Shown here: positions 11,263 to 17,765 of the stretch, piece after piece
Numbering within the stretch: position 1 is the first letter of the stretch
How the letters are laid out: every line of letters starts with the position of its first letter
From: Synechococcus elongatus PCC 6301
GTDB lineage: Bacteria > Cyanobacteriota > Cyanobacteriia > Synechococcales > Synechococcaceae
Direction: 5' to 3'
Assembly: GCF_000010065.1 (NCBI RefSeq)
Contig: NC_006576.1
Coordinates: forward strand, 1,050,001 to 1,082,000
DNA: 32,000 nucleotides
The notes under the pieces: generated by a model
Database searches by the model: none
What the model was told of the DNA's origin: nothing
Seen by the model: only the letters and a program-made list of their open reading frames with translations
Program-made: the position numbers and the translations under genes

Positions 11263-12471
11263 TTAGCGCAGAGCGGTTTCAGGAGCGCTGAGAGCTTCAG
11301 CTTGATTACGGGTCCAGGCAGAAACGCAGGGAATTTTGGCGCGATCGCAGCGATCGGCAAACTTCTGCGCAATTTCTACCACTTCGCTCATCAGGCCATT
11401 GTCCAAGGTGGTCGGATTGAGGCCTAAATCAATCAAGCAGCGGTTGTCGACAATCAAGTCGTTCTCAAGGGCTTCCTTGCGTGGATTGGGCAGGTAGGCG
11501 ATTTCAGCACCGGTCAATGCCGCCACTTTCTCTGCCAAATCCTTGACTTGGTAGGTTTCCGTCATCTGGTTAAAGATGCGGACTTTTTCATTGGCTGCTG
11601 GCGGATTTTCGATCGCCAGTTGGACGCAGCGCACTGAGTCGCGAATGTGGATGAAGGCTCGGGTTTGGCCACCAACGCCATGCACAGTCAAGGGATAGCC
11701 GATCGCCGCCTGCATCAAGAAGCGGTTCAAGACTGTGCCGTAATCACCGTCGTAGTCGAACCGATTGGTCAGATCCGGGTGGAGATTACAGTGATCGGTG
11801 TTCGTGCCCCAGACAATACCCTGGTGAAGGTCGGTGACTTGGATGTTGTCGTTCTTGTTGTAGTAGTAGAACAACAATTGATCCAGCGTCTTGGTCATGT
11901 GATAGACGCTACCCGGATCAACGGGGTGAAGAATCTTCTCTTCAAAGCGTTGGCCATCCCGCTGGACGACTTCCACTTCTAAGTAGCCTTCAGGAATCGT
12001 AGCCCCGCGATGGCTACCGTATCCATAGACGCCCATGGTGCCCAAGTGGACAATGTGGGACTTGAGGCCGACATCCACACAGGCGCAGAGCAGATTGTGG
12101 GTGGCGTTGACGTTGTTATTGACCGTGAAGCGCTTATGCCATGCACTCTTCATTGAATAGGGGGCGGCGCGCTGTTCGGCAAAATGCACGATCGCATCCG
12201 GCTGCGTTTCTAGCAGTAGTGCACAGAGGCGATCGTAATCAGCCGCTAAGTCGAGATTGACAAAGCTAATCGGCTGCCCGCCCGTTTCTTGCCATGCCTT
12301 CAACCGGCGTTCAATCGTCGCGATCGGAGTGAGGGACTGAACCCCCAATTCCACGTCTGTCTTGCGGCGAACGAGGTTGTCAACAATGGTGACGGCGTGA
12401 CCTGCAGCAGCCAAATTGAGAGCGCAGGGCCACCCGCAGAAACCATCGCCACCCAATACAAGAATCTTCAC
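11263..12471 (-). CDS. sqdB: UDP-sulfoquinovose synthase
   Basis: Rossmann motif KILVLGGDGFCGW and catalytic YHMTK. The ~400-aa SDR-type length and overall similarity match SQD1/SqdB. It is followed by sqdX. Confidence 0.95.
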   Translation of the reverse strand: MKILVLGGDGFCGWPCALNLAAAGHAVTIVDNLVRRKTDVELGVQSLTPIATIERRLKAWQETGGQPISFVNLDLAADYDRLCALLLETQPDAIVHFAEQRAAPYSMKSAWHKRFTVNNNVNATHNLLCACVDVGLKSHIVHLGTMGVYGYGSHRGATIPEGYLEVEVVQRDGQRFEEKILHPVDPGSVYHMTKTLDQLLFYYYNKNDNIQVTDLHQGIVWGTNTDHCNLHPDLTNRFDYDGDYGTVLNRFLMQAAIGYPLTVHGVGGQTRAFIHIRDSVRCVQLAIENPPAANEKVRIFNQMTETYQVKDLAEKVAALTGAEIAYLPNPRKEALENDLIVDNRCLIDLGLNPTTLDNGLMSEVVEIAQKFADRCDRAKIPCVSAWTRNQAEALSAPETALR

Positions 12472-12564
12472 GCAGTTCCGCTCCTGAGATCGCGTTTGAC
12501 CGGGGCAATCAGGCTCACGGCCAAATTACCACAGAGCGATCCCCGGGAGCGGTTGTCCATGACA

Positions 12565-12735
12565 CTAGTGAGAAGCAGACACGGCAATCACTAACATCCC
12601 TGCAATCAGCACCAGGGCAGCCCCGCCCGTCCAGAGCCATTTTTTGCCCTGATCAGCGTTGGCTTCTGCTTGGTACATTCTGGGTTCTTTGGCGAAGTTA
12701 TTAAGCCGTCCGCCTTCTTCGGTGGTGTAGGGCAT
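12565..12735 (-). CDS. unlisted 56-aa single-TM protein with Hlip/Psb34-like N-terminal arm
   Basis: My own translation in a frame different from track ORF 12606..12797 gives MPYTTEEGGRLNNFAKEPRMYQAEANADQGKKWLWTGGAALVLIAGMLVIAVSASH*. One clear TM helix is present, along with the RLNNFA-x-EP-x-x-Y motif known from HliA/B N-termini and Psb34. It is below the 60-aa cutoff of the track. Confidence 0.5.
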   Translation of the reverse strand: MPYTTEEGGRLNNFAKEPRMYQAEANADQGKKWLWTGGAALVLIAGMLVIAVSASH

Positions 12736-12818
12736 GGGAATGGATGAGACCTCAATACAGCTCTGTCGTGCCCCAGAGTAGCAAAGGATGCTGTCATCGC
12801 CCTGAGTCGCTGCAGCTT

Positions 12819-13679
12819 CTAAACAGTGGCTGGTGACTGCCCGACCAAGCCTGTTTGCGGAGAGCTAGCGATCGCCGCCGATCGCGTGGGAATCCGACCC
12901 GCTTGAAAGGCCAATCGACCCGCGATCGTGGCCATGGCCATCGCTTGGGCCATCCGCGCCGGATCTTCGGCTTGAGCGATCGCGGTATTGATCAGCAGGG
13001 CATCGGCTCCTAGTTCCATCGCCTGTGCAGCTTCACTGGCGGTACCGATGCCGGCATCAACAACAACGGGAACCTTCGCGTTCTCAACGATGATGCGAAT
13101 GTTGGCTTCGTTGCGAATGCCTTGCCCCGAACCGATCGGCGAGCCCAGGGGCATCACCGTTGCGCAGCCCACTTCTTCTAAGCGCTTGGCAAGCAGTGGA
13201 TCGGCATTGATGTAGGGCAAGACTGCGAAGCCCTCTTTGACTAACTGCTCCGCCGCCTGCAACGTCCCGATCGGATCGGGCAGCAGATAGCGACTGTCGG
13301 GGATGACTTCCAGCTTGACGAAGTTGTTGTCTTCCTGACCCAGCAATTTCGCCATTTCCCGCCCGAGGCGGGCGACCCGAATTGCTTCCTCTGCCGTGGC
13401 ACAGCCGGCAGTGTTCGGTAGCATCCAGATCTTTTGCCAGTCCAGAGCCTCGGCCAAGCCTTCATGGCCGGGAGCATTGGTCTGCACTCGCCGCACTGCA
13501 ACAGTCACAATCTCGCAGCCACTGGCGGCAATGCTGGCGCGCATTTGCTCAAAGCTGCGGTATTTGCCCGTCCCCGTCATCAGGCGCGATCGAAACGACC
13601 GTCCGGCGATCGTCAAAACATCGGCAGTGGTGTCGGGGGTGGCGACCATGAACTCGGCATCAGCACAACTGTTTTCCAT
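12819..13679 (-). CDS. thiG: thiazole synthase
   Basis: Motifs [33 protein letters not shown] and VVVDAGIGT are present. The start is uncertain: ATG 13679 was chosen, ATG 13649 is possible, and the track's TTG 13724 is unlikely. Confidence 0.9.
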   Translation of the reverse strand: MENSCADAEFMVATPDTTADVLTIAGRSFRSRLMTGTGKYRSFEQMRASIAASGCEIVTVAVRRVQTNAPGHEGLAEALDWQKIWMLPNTAGCATAEEAIRVARLGREMAKLLGQEDNNFVKLEVIPDSRYLLPDPIGTLQAAEQLVKEGFAVLPYINADPLLAKRLEEVGCATVMPLGSPIGSGQGIRNEANIRIIVENAKVPVVVDAGIGTASEAAQAMELGADALLINTAIAQAEDPARMAQAMAMATIAGRLAFQAGRIPTRSAAIASSPQTGLVGQSPATV

Positions 13680-13738
13680 TATTCCGACTTGCCTGAGCCG
13701 AATCGAGATTGTGGATGTTGACAAAATTGCGACAAAGA

Positions 13739-13756
13739 GTTACAAAAGTTTACAGA
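13739..13756. promoter_or_regulatory. HLR1-type direct repeat (candidate RpaB-class response-regulator site)
   Basis: GTTACAAA-AG-TTTACAGA matches the consensus (G/T)TTACA(T/A)(T/A)-N2-(G/T)TTACA(T/A)(T/A) at 15 of 16 positions. It lies in the divergent intergenic region between thiG and a + strand gene. Confidence 0.5.
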
Positions 13757-13789
13757 GAAAGACAGTGACGACCTGCTAACGCTTACTCA

Positions 13790-13880
13790 GCGTTTCAGAA
13801 CAAGCATTTCGAGAACTGACCCTTCTCCTCCTCGACTCAGCTCTGTATCGACTGCCTCGGTTCTGCCGGGGCTTTTTTTT
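13790..13880 (+). ncRNA. candidate small RNA or terminated leader (5' end not determinable from sequence)
   Basis: Imperfect stem AGAACTGA (13812-13819) / TCAGCTCT (13837-13844) presents the 17-nt loop CCCTTCTCCTCCTCGAC, which is anti-Shine-Dalgarno-like. A GC hairpin plus T8 follows. No + strand CDS lies upstream. Confidence 0.3.
13854..13880 (+). terminator. orphan intrinsic terminator
   Basis: GCCTCGG-TTCTG-CCGGGGC forms a 7-bp GC-rich stem with one G.U pair, followed by TTTTTTTT. On the minus strand no U-tract follows the hairpin, so it is + strand specific. Confidence 0.6.
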
Positions 13881-13901
13881 GACCTCGACTGGCCTGCCAT
13901 A

Positions 13902-14465
13902 ATGGCGATGGTCGTTCGTCGAGATGTTATGCGATCGCTCTTTTTGTCTGCACTGCTAGCCGCCACGACGGTGGCCACCGGAGCACTACCGGCGACGGCT
14001 CAAAGCATTTTTAACCGTGATGCCTTTTTTAATCGCGTTACGCCTGAGCTAGCACCTTGGGCTTCTCCTCAGGTCTTGCTGGAGCGTCTGCCGCGCCAGT
14101 GGAAGGGCAACTTTAACTACGAAGGGAGTACCCAAGCCCAGAACTATCCGACTGGCCTACAAGTGACTGGCTATTCGATCTCCGGCCGGGTGCTGTCCTT
14201 CTCCGGTCTGCTCAACTGGGGCAGCGATCGCCAGTCTGATGTGTTTGGCTACATCGACAGCCAAACGGGCCAAATTGAGTTTTACGAACGGCAAAATCTC
14301 GGTCCCACGGCTGCAAGTTCCTCCGGTGGCGGCTTTATCGGCTTCTTAGCTCTGCCCGATGAGCAACGCATTCCCGGTGAAGCCCTGTTCTACTGGGTTC
14401 CCAACAGCATCATTCAGCCCACTGGGGTCCTAGCGATCAAACCCGCACCTGCGACGAATCGCTAA
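13902..14465 (+). CDS. secreted hypothetical protein (signal peptide)
   Basis: N-terminus MAMVVRRDVMRSLFLSALLAATTVATGALPATAQS looks like a Sec signal with an A-x-A-type cleavage site. I recognise no domain. Confidence 0.7.
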   Translation: MAMVVRRDVMRSLFLSALLAATTVATGALPATAQSIFNRDAFFNRVTPELAPWASPQVLLERLPRQWKGNFNYEGSTQAQNYPTGLQVTGYSISGRVLSFSGLLNWGSDRQSDVFGYIDSQTGQIEFYERQNLGPTAASSSGGGFIGFLALPDEQRIPGEALFYWVPNSIIQPTGVLAIKPAPATNR

Positions 14466-15267
14466 GCCGCTGCTCGGTGATGAGAGTCACACTCGTCCAC
14501 GCACCACTGGCATCGAAACTGCGGATCAGGCGCAGTCGGCGATCGCGACTGACGAGCCAGCCTAGTTCAAGCTGAAAAGGCGATCGAAGGGCCAGTTCTG
14601 TCGGGCAAGCACAGCTCACGCCACCGGGTAATAGCCAGATCGTGACTGCCTGTTGTTTGCCGACAAAGACCAGTTGCGATCCTTGAATTGGCGCAAGGGA
14701 TTCGATCGTGCGATCGCCCCAGTCGAGCTGGGACTGCAACTGATTCCCCACTTTCTCCAAACGGAGTTGGGTGGTGACGCGATCGGGCGATCGCCAGTCG
14801 GGATACCGAGTTTCGGCGATTCCGCTCCAGGTTCCCAGCAAGTCTTGAACGGTCAACGGAGCTTGTTGGAACGCATCAATGCCAGGTAGTGCCTCCCGAA
14901 TCAGGGTTAGCCCCTGTAGCTGGCGATCGCGGTACTGCCAGACCAAGCGGCGGCGCTGTTGATCGGCGAGCAAGCCCTGCTCTGCGCCAAACTCCCCAAA
15001 CGGGGCAAGCTGCATGCCACCTTGGGAAAAAGCCCCGTCGTCAAAGCCAAGGTAAGCGCGACTGACACTCGTGAAGGGAATCTCAACCCGGCGATCGGGT
15101 TGCTGCTGATAGTCAACAACGATTTTGGCCTGTTGGCGATCAGCACTAGCGCTGAGAGTCACGACCGTCGGCTGCTCAGACAGGATTTCGCCCTGCAGGT
15201 TCAGGCTGGTAAAGCTGCCTCGCCACTCACCTACATTTTCCAGCAAGCAATTCCAGACCGATTTCAT
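14437..15267 (-). CDS. DUF3598-family protein (two tandem beta-barrel-like halves)
   Basis: N-terminus MKSVWNCLLENVGEWRGSF matches my memory of the cyanobacterial DUF3598 N-terminus. The first ATG is at 15267; the track start 15285 is TTG. Confidence 0.75.
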   Translation of the reverse strand: MKSVWNCLLENVGEWRGSFTSLNLQGEILSEQPTVVTLSASADRQQAKIVVDYQQQPDRRVEIPFTSVSRAYLGFDDGAFSQGGMQLAPFGEFGAEQGLLADQQRRRLVWQYRDRQLQGLTLIREALPGIDAFQQAPLTVQDLLGTWSGIAETRYPDWRSPDRVTTQLRLEKVGNQLQSQLDWGDRTIESLAPIQGSQLVFVGKQQAVTIWLLPGGVSCACPTELALRSPFQLELGWLVSRDRRLRLIRSFDASGAWTSVTLITEQRLSDSSQVRV

Positions 15268-15345
15268 ATTTGCATCGCCTTGCAAGGTGAGTTACGCCGA
15301 AGCAATCGGGCTTTATAGGGGTACAGTCACCGACTAACAACCACT

Positions 15346-15582
15346 ATGAAACGAGAAGGGGTTCCCTCATTGACCGCCGATCAAGAAGCAGAGCTTCAAC
15401 ACATTCTCCAAGAGATTGATCGGGACTTTCTCAGTGACGGCAGAATCAACTTGCAAAAGGCACGGGCAATCGTGCAGCTTTCGCAGCAACTAGCACCCGT
15501 ACAAGCTGAAGTGCTCTACCGGATCCGCCAAGCCATTCGCGAGCGCTGGGGGGATCGCCTAGACGTGGAATTCGAGGATTAA
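15346..15582 (+). CDS. hypothetical protein (78 aa, acidic, helical)
   Basis: ATG-initiated ORF in an otherwise empty gap. No recognisable motif. Confidence 0.5.
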   Translation: MKREGVPSLTADQEAELQHILQEIDRDFLSDGRINLQKARAIVQLSQQLAPVQAEVLYRIRQAIRERWGDRLDVEFED

Positions 15583-15590
15583 AGCTTCAG

Positions 15591-15661
15591 AGCGGGCTGC
15601 GGGAATCGAACCCGCATCATTAGCTTGGAAGGCTAAGGTTTTACCACTAAACTAAGCCCGC
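15591..15661 (-). tRNA. tRNA-Gly (anticodon UCC)
   Basis: Reverse complement reads GCGGGCTTAGTTTAGTGGTAAAACCTTAGCCTTCCAAGCTAATGATGCGGGTTCGATTCCCGCAGCCCGCT. It has a 7-bp acceptor stem, a CTTCCAA anticodon loop and a GGTTCGATTCC T-arm. Confidence 0.95.
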
Positions 15662-15744
15662 TGGCAGATTTCACAATATCATGCGGCGATAACAGTGTTG
15701 AGTGGGCTGACATACCCTCAACTGTGCTGCAAGAGGATGGCACT

Positions 15745-16185
15745 ATGGCGATCGCCCGTTCTCAAGGCTGGCTGAGGGGCGTCCACCACGTTGCGCTACA
15801 TGTGCAAGATCTAGCGCGATCGCGGCAGTTTTACGGCGAGATTTTAGGACTAGCGGAGCTGACAGATGATCAGGTTCCTAGTACGCTGCGACCGCTGGTT
15901 GAGGCCGGTCAGGTTGCCAACTTTCGGCTACCAGATGGCGTGATTTTGGACCTGTTCGCAGCACCAAAACTGCAGCCGCCTGACCCCGACCCTAGCCAAG
16001 AATTTACCCGCTTTGCCCATCTGGCCTTCGACATTGCGCCCGAGCAATTTGATGCGGCCGTGCAAATTCTCCAAGAGCAGAATGTCGCGATCGCCCAAGG
16101 GCCAGTCAGCCGTCCGACCGGTCGCGGTGTCTATTTTTACGACCCTGATGGCACCCTGTTAGAAATTCGCTGCGACCCTTCATGA
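15745..16185 (+). CDS. VOC-family protein (glyoxalase/bleomycin-resistance/dioxygenase fold)
   Basis: GVHHVALHVQDLARSRQFYGEILGL ... HLAFD ... GVYFYDPDGTLLEI is the typical paired beta-alpha-beta-beta-beta pattern. GAGGA lies upstream of ATG 15745. Confidence 0.85.
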   Translation: MAIARSQGWLRGVHHVALHVQDLARSRQFYGEILGLAELTDDQVPSTLRPLVEAGQVANFRLPDGVILDLFAAPKLQPPDPDPSQEFTRFAHLAFDIAPEQFDAAVQILQEQNVAIAQGPVSRPTGRGVYFYDPDGTLLEIRCDPS

Positions 16186-17555
16186 TTCCTCAACTCGACC
16201 TACGCACCAAACTCAGCTTCGGAGTTGGTGACTTTGGCACAGCAGTCATGGCGAATTTGCAGGTTTTCTTCCTGCTCTTTTTTCTAACGACGGTAGCGGG
16301 CTTGGATGCCGCTTGGGCCGGCAGCATCCTGATGATTGGCAAGGTTTGGGATGCCGTCAATGACCCCTTGATTGGCTGGTTGAGCGATCGCACCAAGAGT
16401 CGCAACTGGGGCCGCCGCTACCCTTGGATGCTCTGGGCTGCTATTCCCCTCGGACTCACTTTTTACTTGCAGTGGATTGTTCCGACTCAGAATCCAACTT
16501 GGCTCTTTATTTTCTATGTCGTGGTTGCACTGCTGTTTAACAGCTTCTACACAGCGGTTAACTTGCCTTACACCGCCCTGACGCCGGAGCTGACCCAGGA
16601 CTACAACGATCGCACAAAACTCAACAGCTTTCGCTTTAGCTTTTCGATTGGCGGCAGTATCCTCTCGCTCTTGCTCGCTCAGGCAATTTTTAGCCTCATT
16701 CCCAATCCACAAGAACAGTACCAATGGCTAGGGGCGATCGCAGCGATCGCGTCAGTCCTTCCCGTCTTTATCTGTGTTTGGGGCACCCGTCGTCGCTATC
16801 AGTTCATGCAGCCGTTGGTCGAAACCACTCTACCGCCACGCCAATCGATTGCCGAAGAATTGCAGGTCGTCAAAGGCAATAAACCATTCTTATTTGTGAT
16901 TGGCCTTTACCTCTGCTCTTGGCTAGCCGTGCAAGCGACAGCCTCCGTGATTCCCTACTTTGTCCGCTACTGGATGCGATTGCCCGACCCCGATCTCACT
17001 TCAGTGATGTTGGCAGTGCAGGGCACCGCGTTAGTCACTCTTTTTGGCTGGAGTTGGCTGAGCAATCGCATTGGCAAACAGGCCGTTTATTACTGGGGTA
17101 CCGGCTTATGGCTAATCGCCCAAGTCGGCCTGTTTGTTCTGCAACCCAACCAAGTGGGTCTGATGTATGTCATGGCGATCTTGGCCGGTTGTGGTGTTTC
17201 CGTGGCTTACCTGATTCCTTGGTCAATGCTGCCGGATGTGATCGAATGGGATGAGCTGCAAACGGGTCAGCGCCGCGAGGGGATTTACTACGGCTTCATG
17301 GTCTTTTTGCAAAAACTCGCACTGGCGTTGGGTTTATTTATCGTTGGCCAAGCGCTGTCGCTCGCTGGTTTGATTCCCGGTGACTCAACCGTTGTTCAAC
17401 CTGACAGCGCCCTCTGGGCAATTCGAGTCGCAGTTGCACCCTTCCCCACACTCTGTCTGATTTTGGGAATCCTCTGCGCCAAGGGCTATCCGATTACCCG
17501 CGATCGCCACGAAGCCATGCTCTTACAACTTGCCGAACGGCGATCGCAGGTCTAG
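16182..17555 (+). CDS. MFS transporter, glycoside-pentoside-hexuronide (GPH/MelB-like) family
   Basis: About 12 predicted TM helices. The GPH N-terminal signature is KLSFGVGDFG...GKVWDAVNDPLIGWLSDRT.SR.GRRYPW. The start ATGA overlaps the VOC stop codon. Confidence 0.9.
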   Translation: MIPQLDLRTKLSFGVGDFGTAVMANLQVFFLLFFLTTVAGLDAAWAGSILMIGKVWDAVNDPLIGWLSDRTKSRNWGRRYPWMLWAAIPLGLTFYLQWIVPTQNPTWLFIFYVVVALLFNSFYTAVNLPYTALTPELTQDYNDRTKLNSFRFSFSIGGSILSLLLAQAIFSLIPNPQEQYQWLGAIAAIASVLPVFICVWGTRRRYQFMQPLVETTLPPRQSIAEELQVVKGNKPFLFVIGLYLCSWLAVQATASVIPYFVRYWMRLPDPDLTSVMLAVQGTALVTLFGWSWLSNRIGKQAVYYWGTGLWLIAQVGLFVLQPNQVGLMYVMAILAGCGVSVAYLIPWSMLPDVIEWDELQTGQRREGIYYGFMVFLQKLALALGLFIVGQALSLAGLIPGDSTVVQPDSALWAIRVAVAPFPTLCLILGILCAKGYPITRDRHEAMLLQLAERRSQV

Positions 17556-17657
17556 AAACCTTTTCACCGCTGGGGCACCCGCGATCGGCGACAGCAAGCA
17601 GCCCTCAGCCGTAGACCTATGTGGCACGATCGACGCAGTGGATTGAGCCTGTAGCCC

Positions 17658-17765
17658 GTGGTCAAAATTGTTCGGCGGCGTTCCTTGGGTGTGCAACCCG
17701 TCTACGACCTTGGCGTGGCAACCGTACATAACTTTGTGCTGGCCAATGGCCTTGTGGCCTCCAAC
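17658..17765 (+). other. IntC half of DnaE split intein (36 aa)
   Basis: The 36 codons end in the HNF...ASN block, and Cys+1 of the extein is at 17766. The pattern matches the Ssp/Npu DnaE IntC ([36 protein letters not shown]). Confidence 0.9.

Noticed and set aside
12606-12797. 63-aa minus-strand ORF offered by the track between thiG and sqdB
   Set aside because: No membrane or motif character, and a Pro/Lys/Gly-rich composition. A different frame in the same gap encodes a convincing TM protein with a known motif (12565..12735).
13680-13724. ThiG N-terminal extension / possible ThiS-ThiG fusion
   Set aside because: The extension is only 15 codons from a TTG and far too short for a ThiS domain. 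ATG 13679 or 13649 gives a normal ThiG length.
13820-13840. Possible Yfr1 sRNA (CU-rich motif)
   Set aside because: The ultraconserved Yfr1 core, as I recall it, is ACUCCUCACAC. Here the sequence is CCUCCUCGACU, which diverges in the last four positions, so I do not call it Yfr1.
13787-13978. 63-aa minus-strand ORF spanning the orphan terminator and the start of the secreted-protein gene
   Set aside because: It overlaps the signal-peptide coding region of a better-supported + gene and runs through the T8/hairpin. It has Arg/Ser-rich composition.
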